Part shown: one piece after another, positions 36,949-45,077 of the stretch
Position numbering within the stretch: position 1 is the first letter of the stretch
Layout of the letters: each line of letters begins with the position of its first letter
Virus record (IMG/VR): IMGVR_UViG_3300020044_005637
Location: 1 to 45,359 of that record
Reading direction: 5' to 3' (one strand)
Length of the DNA stretch: 45,359 nucleotides
Origin: a virus
Lineage: Duplodnaviria; Caudoviricetes
Translations under genes and position numbers: made by a program
Notes under the pieces: model-generated
Told to the model about the DNA's origin: nothing
The model's input: only the letters and a program-made list of their open reading frames with translations
Database searches by the model: none

Positions 36949-37439
36949 AGTTCCACAGTGTCGAACAGGCGATCAGGTTCTCATTCAATGTGAGTGAGAG
37001 GGAGGAATTCAGCCGAACAGATTTGCTTGGCACGAGAGGCACGAGTCAGGACGATCTATCGCCAATGGATCTGCATGCCCAAGCTGCGATGATCCAGTCG
37101 ATGCTGAACAGATTACATCAGGTTGAAAGGGATTCGATTCTGTCAATGTATGGGAGGGGTCGGTCTAGGTCAGATGCGATAAGAGGTTTCGCTGATTACT
37201 TGTACCATCACGTGAGCGGTACTGTGCCTAGTGTCCGTGAGTTGCAGATCATTCTCATGCACTGGTCGACCAAGCGACCCAGTATCAGGAAGATTGCAGA
37301 GGAGAGGGGTGTGAGTTACAGGCAAGTCTGCAACTGGCGCAACGCTGTCCTACGTGCTTGGATGCCAGTGCAGATCAGAGCCATTGAAAGATTACATGGA
37401 CAGATGTTTGCTGAAGGTGGGTTCGAATTAGTTCTTTGA
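36945..37439 (+). CDS. Putative late transcription regulator (Q/sigma-region-4-like HTH)
   Basis: Last gene of the nin-like block; C-terminal HTH SIRKIAEERGVSYRQV. Confidence 0.55.
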   Translation: MKFHSVEQAIRFSFNVSEREEFSRTDLLGTRGTSQDDLSPMDLHAQAAMIQSMLNRLHQVERDSILSMYGRGRSRSDAIRGFADYLYHHVSGTVPSVRELQIILMHWSTKRPSIRKIAEERGVSYRQVCNWRNAVLRAWMPVQIRAIERLHGQMFAEGGFELVL

Positions 37440-37619
37440 CTTCTTGGCGTAACTTGCGTCAGCCATTCCCTCAATCCAACCGTACTCGTATGCTCGGTCG
37501 CTGATGAGCCTGACCAAGTCCTCGTACTCTTTTAGAGAAAGCATGAGCATGAGTGTCCCAGTCTTTGGTCGGAATTCTTCCAACACCTTCTCGATGTAGA
37601 CCTCTCTGTCTGTTGTCAT
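37428..37619 (-). CDS. Hypothetical protein
   Basis: End of the minus-strand operon; coupled. Confidence 0.6.
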   Translation of the reverse strand: MTTDREVYIEKVLEEFRPKTGTLMLMLSLKEYEDLVRLISDRAYEYGWIEGMADASYAKKSKN

Positions 37620-38038
37620 AGCGGAACCTTTCTGTATGTAAGTCCGGATGCAGTTCGAGATGGCAGGTTGTACGCATCATAAGCACCAGTTCGCATGCAT
37701 GTAGTTCGCAGTTCATGCCCCTCGTAAACGCCCCTTGCAAACAGATCATTCTGCTGTGCAAGCACAGTCTTTCGTGGTGCTTTGAACAATTTATCTGTCG
37801 CACCTAACTCGATCTTTGTATCGAGTCCTTTCTGCGTGAGACTGTAGATTGTGTCGGTAATCATCATGACCATACCTTTTGGTATCAGTTCATTCACAAC
37901 TGCATTCTCTATCTCGACCACAGTCTTACCGGCAATGATGCCGGTCTTCTTAATCATTGCCGAACTCATGTTCCCTCTGCTTGCGAGCATGGACAGTACA
38001 CGGTGAGCAATGCCACCAACTCTAATTTCATTTTCCAT
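37616..38038 (-). CDS. Winged-helix-like protein
   Basis: YSLTQKG wing motif; RTGAYDAYNLPSR tail. Confidence 0.6.
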   Translation of the reverse strand: MENEIRVGGIAHRVLSMLASRGNMSSAMIKKTGIIAGKTVVEIENAVVNELIPKGMVMMITDTIYSLTQKGLDTKIELGATDKLFKAPRKTVLAQQNDLFARGVYEGHELRTTCMRTGAYDAYNLPSRTASGLTYRKVPL

Positions 38039-38198
38039 TTTGACTTCCTTTGCATGTATGAAAATAAGCCTCGTCTCTTTCGAGCCAGACTTGTTTGCAC
38101 TTGGCGCAATACCAAGCGACAGATTCGGTCACGACTGTCCGTTTGTTTTCGTGCTGACCACGAATCTTCCCGAAGAATGTGCGAATCTTTTCAATCAC
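38028..38198 (-). CDS. Small Zn-finger-like protein (GTG start)
   Basis: WYCAKC...HTC; GTGA coupling. Confidence 0.5.
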   Translation of the reverse strand: MIEKIRTFFGKIRGQHENKRTVVTESVAWYCAKCKQVWLERDEAYFHTCKGSQNGK

Positions 38199-38326
38199 CA
38201 GACCTTCCCCTTTCTTTTGTTGCGCTTGTATGTTGTTTCGCCTATCCAAATAGCCAATGCCCCAACGACAATGACTATGAATGCGCCCATGAATAGCATG
38301 AATATCACACCAATGAGATCGAGCAT
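38195..38326 (-). CDS. 43-aa single-TM protein; not in the ORF track
   Basis: AAGGAG RBS; MLDLIGVIFMLFMGAFIVIVVGALAIWIG then a basic tail. Confidence 0.6.
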   Translation of the reverse strand: MLDLIGVIFMLFMGAFIVIVVGALAIWIGETTYKRNKRKGKVW

Positions 38327-38517
38327 GGCTTCTCCTTGAGTTTGAGTGAGTTGCGAGGTATGCACCAGATTTCACGACCGTCTCCACAGTCCATGAGGAA
38401 TGCGCCAGCGATGCGCCCAGCCTTGAGTAGCTGATGCACACGCTGACGTGAGACACCCATGATCTGCGATGCAACAGTCAGGGAGACATGACCCCGCTCT
38501 AAGCGGAGGTCAATCAT
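38305..38517 (-). CDS. HTH DNA-binding protein
   Basis: ASQIMGVSRQRVHQLLKAGRI..A...W.IP. Confidence 0.8.
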   Translation of the reverse strand: MIDLRLERGHVSLTVASQIMGVSRQRVHQLLKAGRIAGAFLMDCGDGREIWCIPRNSLKLKEKPCSISLV

Positions 38518-39213
38518 TTATTTACCCTTCTCTTTCTTGAGTATCTCTGCAATACCGTCCACCTCCTGAGACACAATCTGTGCCGCCCATTCCATCAGCT
38601 CATTGGCTTTGTCTTTGTTGTCAAAGTCAAGGCCTGACGCATGACATGCTCTTGAGATTGTGCGGATAGAAAGCTCGGTATCCATCTCTTCGAGAATCCT
38701 TCTCACTCTCTTCGGCATATCTGTTTGCTTTTCCAAAAGCTCGATCACCATCTCCATCAACTGCTTACGCTTCATTGTGAGTATGGTCACCTCTACCAGT
38801 GCCGCATAGGATTCACCCTTGGTCTTGACGATGTTCTCCATCATGGAGAATGCTCCCTCGAATGGGTCTGGTTTCTTCTCCTGTTTGGATTCTCTCTGGA
38901 GATCGACAGCAATCTGTACCAGTACGCATGAGACTTGGCTTAAGCCACCGATGCTCCATGTCTTTATCGACTGAACACTGAGACCTTCGTCTCCCATGTA
39001 TGCCTTGCCGTTCTTCCAGTTATAGATAGACGCAACTGTTCCATCGCTAAACTTAATGACCCAATGCACATCTACCTTACCCTTGTCGTAAGACAATGGC
39101 TTACCGAACAGAGAACAGATCTCCTTATAGGTTGCGTCAATGTTTCCAACATGTGATGAGCCGTTGGTTTCGTTGATGAGAGACTCTCTCTCGTTGTGTG
39201 TGATGAATTCCAT
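38518..39213 (-). CDS. Two-domain hypothetical protein
   Basis: Start reassigned to 39213 (AGGAG); LFGKP...KVDVHW...ASIYNWK...WSIGG motif. Confidence 0.7.
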   Translation of the reverse strand: MEFITHNERESLINETNGSSHVGNIDATYKEICSLFGKPLSYDKGKVDVHWVIKFSDGTVASIYNWKNGKAYMGDEGLSVQSIKTWSIGGLSQVSCVLVQIAVDLQRESKQEKKPDPFEGAFSMMENIVKTKGESYAALVEVTILTMKRKQLMEMVIELLEKQTDMPKRVRRILEEMDTELSIRTISRACHASGLDFDNKDKANELMEWAAQIVSQEVDGIAEILKKEKGK

Positions 39214-39236
39214 TGTGTTTGCTCCTGTGAGTTTGT

Positions 39237-39590
39237 TCAAGCATTTATCCATACGACCTCCCCATTTACTCGTACCGGCATAACCCACTCGATGTCATTC
39301 ACCAACTCTTCCAGAGTCATGGACGCATCAGCGGATTCGCCATTGTTCATGTCACATCCAATCACCAAGCCCTTACCTGCTAGTGGGTTAGGATAGAACC
39401 GATGCAAGAAGAACCTTTGGTCTTCTGCATATAGACCTTCGTCATCGACAAAGATGCCATCGCCCTTTGCATTGAGGCGAGCGACATCGAATGTTTCTGC
39501 GTCGATCAACTTGTATATCTGGTGAAAGTCACCAGAGTATTCGACTTGCTTAACCGTCTGTTGGAACGGGTCAATTAGAAAAGCTCGCAT
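39237..39590 (-). CDS. DUF3846-like protein
   Basis: IFVDDEGL...PLAGKGLVIG. Confidence 0.75.
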   Translation of the reverse strand: MRAFLIDPFQQTVKQVEYSGDFHQIYKLIDAETFDVARLNAKGDGIFVDDEGLYAEDQRFFLHRFYPNPLAGKGLVIGCDMNNGESADASMTLEELVNDIEWVMPVRVNGEVVWINA

Positions 39591-39601
39591 ATGATTTCCT
39601 T

Positions 39602-39820
39602 TCAGTTAGCGAAGAGAACAAAGAATGCAACAGGCATGACCACGATGAGTAGCACACCAAACAAAAGATCTGACAACAAATCCTCAGCCTCATCATATCT
39701 ATCGACAGGATGAGGAGCGTAAAGTTTCTGAGCCAGATCATCTTCGGGAGTCCATCTGTTGACAGACGGGGCTTGGTAATCAGCATCAATGCTGATGTTT
39801 CTTTCAGACGAGGGAGTCAT
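39602..39820 (-). CDS. Small protein with C-terminal TM
   Basis: RBS GAAAGGAAA; hydrophobic end. Confidence 0.6.
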   Translation of the reverse strand: MTPSSERNISIDADYQAPSVNRWTPEDDLAQKLYAPHPVDRYDEAEDLLSDLLFGVLLIVVMPVAFFVLFAN

Positions 39821-40043
39821 TAGATTTTCCTTTCTGGTTACATGCTTGTCTTACCTTGGCTACCACTGCGAGGAGTTGCTTGTCGCCCTTGCCTTTGGAT
39901 TCGAGCAGATTGCATACTGCATCTAAGGCAGACATCATTTCTTTGGGTGCTTGCTTGTTCTCTTTGAGAGCGGCATCTGCCACCTTCTCAATCATAGATA
40001 CCACACCGCTTACAGTAGCCAATTGAATGCTTTGCATTGTCAT
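39804..40043 (-). CDS. Hypothetical protein
   Basis: RBS AAAGGA. Confidence 0.6.
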   Translation of the reverse strand: MTMQSIQLATVSGVVSMIEKVADAALKENKQAPKEMMSALDAVCNLLESKGKGDKQLLAVVAKVRQACNQKGKSNDSLV

Positions 40044-40236
40044 CTTTTTTCCTTTTGAGTCGTTTCTTTTTTCGTTCTAATCTGTCGTTTGCTTTATCTT
40101 TAGAACGCTGCTTTCCAACTTCCTGAAGTTGTTGTGCCGTGAGTTGTGTATCAGGGGTAAGCAGGTTCACGCCAACACCGGCCATCGCCAGTGTCAGCAC
40201 CAACCTACCTACTACCTCATGTGGGCTGAGCCACAT
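39988..40236 (-). CDS. Small membrane protein with basic tail
   Basis: Hydrophobic N-terminus; KR-rich C-terminus. Confidence 0.5.
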   Translation of the reverse strand: MWLSPHEVVGRLVLTLAMAGVGVNLLTPDTQLTAQQLQEVGKQRSKDKANDRLERKKKRLKRKKDDNAKHSIGYCKRCGIYD

Positions 40237-40660
40237 TCTTCTCACCCATACGGTCGATGATGTTCATGTAGTGGATGAGCAGATCACCCAACCCCGCTTG
40301 ATGCTTCGGGTGTAGATAGGATTCTGGAAGTCTCCAGAATGGATTGAGACCAAGCCCGATGGCGGTATCTGTCAACAGAATCAGGCCGACCACATGCTGA
40401 AGACCCCTGCCGTGCATTTGCAGTGGAGTGTCAGCTAATCCTAAGTCACCGAACACCATGCGGAATTTGTGCATGAACGCAGTGTTGTGCTTGAGTTCTC
40501 GCCAGTGTTCATCGCTAACAGCGTCAGCTATCGCCAGTGTTTTCGTCGGGTCGATGTTGACAGTGTCCTCTCTGTCGTTCTCAATAACCTGTGTTCCTTC
40601 ATGGAACAAAAGGTTAATGGGCTTGTCTGTCTGCACTTCGCTCAACTTGATGTGTGTCAT
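40217..40660 (-). CDS. Degenerate miniature ABC-ATPase-like protein
   Basis: GRGLQHVVGLIL (signature-like) and LPESYLHPKHQAGLGDLL (Walker B/D-loop-like); no P-loop; GGAGGAG RBS. Confidence 0.55.
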   Translation of the reverse strand: MTHIKLSEVQTDKPINLLFHEGTQVIENDREDTVNIDPTKTLAIADAVSDEHWRELKHNTAFMHKFRMVFGDLGLADTPLQMHGRGLQHVVGLILLTDTAIGLGLNPFWRLPESYLHPKHQAGLGDLLIHYMNIIDRMGEKNVAQPT

Positions 40661-40917
40661 AGCTCCTCCAGTGTTTCGAAAATTTCCATGTCGGTATCGA
40701 TGTGAACAGATTGACCATCTATCTCGATGACGCACCGCATATGGAGATCACAAAGCACACCACCGGCATGCTCATGTGGCATCGAGAAAAGCACGGGGAA
40801 TTTATCCGATGCCTTCGTGTTCTTCCAGATCAGATCTGTTTCGAGTTGTCTGTTGTAACCCCTCTTCTCTGCGAGAAGGGACGCAACGATGAGTTGCGCT
40901 TGAGAGAAATACTTCAT
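40657..40917 (-). CDS. Hypothetical protein
   Basis: Coupled ORF. Confidence 0.65.
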   Translation of the reverse strand: MKYFSQAQLIVASLLAEKRGYNRQLETDLIWKNTKASDKFPVLFSMPHEHAGGVLCDLHMRCVIEIDGQSVHIDTDMEIFETLEEL

Positions 40918-41150
40918 TCCTCAATCCTTTCAAAGTCATAAGTGAACCGTTCAAAGCTATGCTTTGTGTCCTCGATGAACCCCGCAACGTCAGCCATTGG
41001 GAAATTCTCGACCGCCCCCCACACGGTGACGGTCTCAGCGCACCATGTGTTCTCGGGGTCTCGCATAATGTCCAGCACCTCATCGAATGAGGCATCCTCC
41101 GGATACTCTGTCAGCCACTGTGACAGAGCGAATCGCTCTGATGTTTTCAT
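40914..41150 (-). CDS. Acidic hypothetical protein
   Basis: Coupled ORF; GGAGG RBS. Confidence 0.65.
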   Translation of the reverse strand: MKTSERFALSQWLTEYPEDASFDEVLDIMRDPENTWCAETVTVWGAVENFPMADVAGFIEDTKHSFERFTYDFERIEE

Positions 41151-41344
41151 AATCTGTCCTCCAGAAAGTCGGCCACACCGACACGGTTGCCGTTGATGTC
41201 ACGGATAATGACCACGTCACTGGCCTTCATAGGCTCGGGCTTGTTGGTCAGTTGCTCAATGAGAGACTGCAAGAGACGAATAGTCTCCCAATCTGTTTCG
41301 TTCTCAGCGACATGGCTTAAGCCAAACATGATGTTTACTCGCAT
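41147..41344 (-). CDS. Hypothetical protein (IRDINGNRVG motif)
   Basis: Start reassigned to 41344 after AGGAGG. Confidence 0.65.
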   Translation of the reverse strand: MRVNIMFGLSHVAENETDWETIRLLQSLIEQLTNKPEPMKASDVVIIRDINGNRVGVADFLEDRL

Positions 41345-41682
41345 GATTCCTCCTGTGGTTCGAGAATTGTTTCTGTGTGAAGCGTTATCCATGAAGAGTA
41401 GTGACTCTCATACTCATGACCCATGTCATACATGGGATAGGCTGTGATTTTGTAGACAACAGAACCGTCCATCTGTTCCTCTTTCCAGAACTCTATGTCC
41501 CATGTGTCGGTGTAGTATTCTTTGTCGCCATAGCCATCCATCTTGATGCTCAGCATCAGCCACTCAGACTCTCTGTCACTCTTCGGGTCTCGCACATCTG
41601 ACTGTGGATAGCCCCTGCGGTTGATCTCATTCAACAAAGCCAGCTTCACTGGCTCTGTATCCCAGTTAAAAAAAGCACTCAT
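41335..41682 (-). CDS. Acidic hypothetical protein
   Basis: Coupled ORF. Confidence 0.65.
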   Translation of the reverse strand: MSAFFNWDTEPVKLALLNEINRRGYPQSDVRDPKSDRESEWLMLSIKMDGYGDKEYYTDTWDIEFWKEEQMDGSVVYKITAYPMYDMGHEYESHYSSWITLHTETILEPQEESCE

Positions 41683-41975
41683 ATCTGTCCCTTCTCTGTT
41701 GGTTCGGCGTTAACCCAGCCAGTGTCGCCACAGGCAAAGCATGTATATGGTCGGCCTTGCTCATCCAATTCCGGATTGCATGGGTCACAGCATGGACACT
41801 CGACCTTTGCGTTGTCACTCACCACGGTGAGATCGAACACCTCGCACTCCCCATCGGATTGCTTACATACGAAAGGTGCATCGAGCATCATTCGCTTTGC
41901 TTGCTCTTCGCTTTCAGCGTCGATGGTTACTTGTTGGTAGTACCGAAAGACCACCGTCCCTTTGTAGGTTTTCAT
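41679..41975 (-). CDS. Hypothetical protein with C-terminal Zn ribbon
   Basis: IDAESEEQA; CPCC...CFACGDTG. Confidence 0.65.
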   Translation of the reverse strand: MKTYKGTVVFRYYQQVTIDAESEEQAKRMMLDAPFVCKQSDGECEVFDLTVVSDNAKVECPCCDPCNPELDEQGRPYTCFACGDTGWVNAEPTEKGQI

Positions 41976-41984
41976 ATTCGCTCC

Positions 41985-42245
41985 TTATTTGTAGAACAAA
42001 CCCCAAATCTGTTGCACTGTGGCATGACCTTCGGTGTCATTCGCACCCCATTTGCTGTACTCTTCGAGAGCCTCCTCGATTTTTCCGATTGCCCCACCTT
42101 TGGTGAAGTTATTCAGTGCAGTAGAGACGGCTTGATTCAAGCCGAGAGCAGCATCATCTCTACCATCGATGTGATAAAGCGCCCAGTCATCCGCTGTCAG
42201 AGACAGGTAGACAACCTTTTCAATGTAAACGTGATCGCTAATCAT
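41985..42245 (-). CDS. Hypothetical protein
   Basis: RBS GAAAGGAAA; WGANDTEG motif. Confidence 0.65.
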   Translation of the reverse strand: MISDHVYIEKVVYLSLTADDWALYHIDGRDDAALGLNQAVSTALNNFTKGGAIGKIEEALEEYSKWGANDTEGHATVQQIWGLFYK

Positions 42246-42270
42246 GTGTTTCCTTTCGTGAGTTGCGTCG

Positions 42271-42471
42271 TCAGTCGGTGTATGCAGTAGAGCGCATGAC
42301 TGGCATGTACTCTTCGTTATTCTTGAGCAAGCTCAAGAAAATCTTTGATTGGTGGCGGATAGATCTGTTCGTCTGTCGATGAACATACTTGCCCCAAGTA
42401 GTTGACCGTCCAGTCCGACATGCAAAGCATGAACAGCTTGGATGCTCGTTCTTTTTAGCGTTTGACTGCAT
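42271..42471 (-). CDS. Small basic Cys-containing protein
   Basis: Start reassigned to 42471 after GAAAGGAAA; CSCFACR. Confidence 0.6.
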   Translation of the reverse strand: MQSNAKKNEHPSCSCFACRTGRSTTWGKYVHRQTNRSIRHQSKIFLSLLKNNEEYMPVMRSTAYTD

Positions 42472-42498
42472 GAGTTTCCTTTCATGTGAAGCGGGATG

Positions 42499-42553
42499 CT
42501 TCTGGGTATGCACTCGATTGAATGCACACTCAGAAGAGCAGGGTCGCCCCTGC
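42499..42553 (-). promoter_or_regulatory. Intergenic double hairpin (candidate RNase III/processing site)
   Basis: GCAGGG/CCCTGC stem plus a 17-position stem CUUCUGAGUGUGCAUUC/GAGUGCAUACCCAGAAG with two G-U pairs and one mismatch. Confidence 0.55.
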
Positions 42554-42560
42554 CATTCCG

Positions 42561-43436
42561 TCACGCTACCTGCTGTTCAGGGTTGGCGATCTGTTCGAGA
42601 ACAGATTTCAACCATGCCTCGGCTCCGGTTTGATTCTTAACCGGAGGTTGGATGATTGCATTCTGTGGTATCGGCAGATGCTTGATTGCCTTGGCAATCA
42701 GCGTGTTGTCCGAGTGACCGAGACTGCCACGTGTTTCCTTGCCTAGTTGGTCATTCGACCAATAGATTCCGGCAAACAGGGAGGTTCTAAAGAACCCTGC
42801 CAGTCCGGTGAGAGCCGCCAATCTGTCCATGTCCAGAGGAGAATCCTCTGCCTTGATTTCGACAAACTGTGTCAGGTTCTCGTACCCTTCGATGGACACG
42901 TCGGATGCACCTGCCGCACCGTAGATGGCTACAGAGTAGCCCGCCTTGGTCAGCTCGTCAGCCAGTCGCAGACCGGATGCCCCTCTCCAGAACAGTTGTT
43001 CTGAGGTGACGTTGCAGTTTCCGGCAAGGTCGATCACAATCGAGACAGATCGGACAGATGTTCTGTTCTGTCGCTTGGTTCTAGACCAAGCCCTGCTTAC
43101 GTCGCCACGGTACACGGCCTGCATGTCAAGCTCGTCGCCTTGGTCTGCCTTGACTCGACGACGACGGATGCTTGTCGGTTCGGGCAATTCCCCAAGGGGA
43201 ATCTTGTCGATTCGCTCGACTCCGGCTTGCCAACCTTTGGTTAAGACCTTGCGGAGAGCATCGACAGATGGCACACCGAGCCATGCTGTATCAGCCTTAC
43301 GGCTGAAGTGGCTGAGACCTCCGGTCTTGTTGCTCTGGCTTTTCCAACCGTCGGCATTGAGAACAGATTCGGGTTCGGTGACGCTGTCCCAAAGGACAGC
43401 AGTCAGACTGTTGGATTTATCATAAATGCGGAGCAT
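42561..43436 (-). CDS. VWA-like partner protein of the AAA+ ATPase
   Basis: GDELDMQAV..G; SIVIDLAGN degenerate MIDAS; adjacent to the MoxR-type ATPase. Confidence 0.7.
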   Translation of the reverse strand: MLRIYDKSNSLTAVLWDSVTEPESVLNADGWKSQSNKTGGLSHFSRKADTAWLGVPSVDALRKVLTKGWQAGVERIDKIPLGELPEPTSIRRRRVKADQGDELDMQAVYRGDVSRAWSRTKRQNRTSVRSVSIVIDLAGNCNVTSEQLFWRGASGLRLADELTKAGYSVAIYGAAGASDVSIEGYENLTQFVEIKAEDSPLDMDRLAALTGLAGFFRTSLFAGIYWSNDQLGKETRGSLGHSDNTLIAKAIKHLPIPQNAIIQPPVKNQTGAEAWLKSVLEQIANPEQQVA

Positions 43437-43437
43437 T

Positions 43438-44589
43438 TCAGACCTCTACTTTCTTGATTTCGTCGGCTGACCAACCTTCAAAGAAGGTCGCTTTGATCTC
43501 CTCGACTGTCTCTCCGGCCTTGAGCAACTTCGTTGCATCGAGGAGGAATCGAGTTGACATAACTCGACGGAGTCGAGCTTCATTGATTCGTTTACGAATC
43601 GCCCAACCCCAAGCCAACAGGTCAGGGGCTACGGACTTTCTCTCGAAAGTCTGGTCATAGTCGAGGGAGATAACACCGGCACGGAATCTGTCCAGTGTCG
43701 ACTCATCGAGTCGTTCACGACCGGCATAAGTCTGGTTTGCTCCAGTACCGAAGGTATTGGCGGCGGCAATACAGACGAAGTCTGGATGACGTTTGACCAG
43801 TGACGCTCCCTTTCTGATCGGCAAAAAGAACGATCCATTGGCGAGAGCCTGATTCAGAAACAGCAAGGTATTGCTGTCTGCACCGTCGACTTCGTCGAAA
43901 AGGAACACACCGCCCTCTTCGTACATTCTGACGAAGTCAGATGTAAGGTACTGGAAAGAGCCACCGTCAGAGGGAATCAACCAGCCCTGAAGGGCTGACT
44001 CTGACATTCCGGCAGTACAGGAGACAGATGCAAACGGTCTACCAAGAGCTTCAGCTACTTGGTGACCAAGGTGTGTCTTACCGCATCCGGCAGGGCCAAC
44101 TAACAGAATGTTGATGCCGAGAGATGCTCTGGTCAGAATTTTCTTAAATTCTGGTCGAGTGTGGCCTTCCACTTTGTGGGCTGAACCGTCAGGTCTAACG
44201 ACCTCGATTTTGACAATTGGACTATCGTCCATTGCTTTTTTGACTTCGGCCATGACAATCTGTCGGACAGTTTCCTCATCTACTGTCGGAGACAGTAAGG
44301 CTTGAAGAGCCGCTAAAGCGGCAGTCGCATCAGCCTTGGGAGCCGAAGGCTTGGTAGTAGGTGGCACAGGGCGACCCTCCTCTGAAATTGCAACCCCTTT
44401 AGGGTTGACGGTTGGGATGCCGTTTGACATGGCATCAGTGATCTGACCTTCGGAGAAGGCCAGTAGTAATCTGTCGATCAAGTCCAATTTTTGGACGGTC
44501 TCGAAGTTGAAACCTACGGTTCCACCGTTGAGGTGGCGAAAAATCCAGAGGATTTCGGGTTTGGAGAGGGAAACGAGAGAGTCACGCAT
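43438..44589 (-). CDS. MoxR/CbbQ/CobS-like AAA+ ATPase
   Basis: Walker A GPAGCGKT; Walker B FLFDEVD; AANTFG; LDESTLDRF arginine finger. Confidence 0.9.
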   Translation of the reverse strand: MRDSLVSLSKPEILWIFRHLNGGTVGFNFETVQKLDLIDRLLLAFSEGQITDAMSNGIPTVNPKGVAISEEGRPVPPTTKPSAPKADATAALAALQALLSPTVDEETVRQIVMAEVKKAMDDSPIVKIEVVRPDGSAHKVEGHTRPEFKKILTRASLGINILLVGPAGCGKTHLGHQVAEALGRPFASVSCTAGMSESALQGWLIPSDGGSFQYLTSDFVRMYEEGGVFLFDEVDGADSNTLLFLNQALANGSFFLPIRKGASLVKRHPDFVCIAAANTFGTGANQTYAGRERLDESTLDRFRAGVISLDYDQTFERKSVAPDLLAWGWAIRKRINEARLRRVMSTRFLLDATKLLKAGETVEEIKATFFEGWSADEIKKVEV

Positions 44590-45026
44590 GGGATTTCCTT
44601 TCGAATGCAGTGAGTTGCGATGAACCGGCTTAAAGCCGGAAAGTAGGACAGAGCGTCCAGTGCATAGCAGTCAGAGACTGCCATACCGTTGAAACTCTGT
44701 TGAGTGTTGACAGACTAAAGTCTGTAGTTGATCTCGATGCTCGATGCAACCTCTTCCTTAAGGGAAGCTACCTGCATGAAGTCGAGGCCTCTTGGACACA
44801 GAGCAAAGCTCTGAACCGACCCTTCGGTGTTGTGTTGTTGACGGTTCCCACCGTGCTACAACTCCTCCGGAGTCCGACGCTACATCCCGCCGTTGGGGTC
44901 GAGAGACAGGTTCAGAGCGTCACCGAAGGATTTTGCTTACTCCCTTCTACGAAGGGTCACAGCCTATCTGTCCTACGGTGCTTTAGCACCTACTGAGTCT
45001 GCTTTCGGTTTGTTGCCGAATCGACG
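44590..45026 (-). ncRNA. Candidate large structured RNA (5' leader of the early operon)
   Basis: About a dozen local hairpins, four 9-10 bp long-range complements and G-U pairs that favour the minus strand; no credible ORF. Confidence 0.65.
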
Positions 45027-45032
45027 ATTTGA

Positions 45033-45077
45033 AGTTGACCAGAAAGTTGATGCTGTGTCAAGTCTTTTTTTCGTTTT
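45033..45077 (-). promoter_or_regulatory. Candidate early sigma70 promoter
   Basis: Perfect TTGACA (45061-45056), A-tract UP-like element upstream, TG-N-TCAACT at 17-nt spacing (weak -10). Confidence 0.5.

Noticed and set aside
39595-44602. Recurrent TTTCCTTTC motif as a possible operator
   Set aside because: It is the reverse complement of GAAAGGAAA and sits just before start codons, so it is an RBS.
44590-45026. CRISPR mini-array, tRNA or group I/II intron explanation for the hairpin cluster
   Set aside because: Hairpins differ in sequence (no repeat-spacer period); no cloverleaf/T-loop or intron core motifs recognised by eye.
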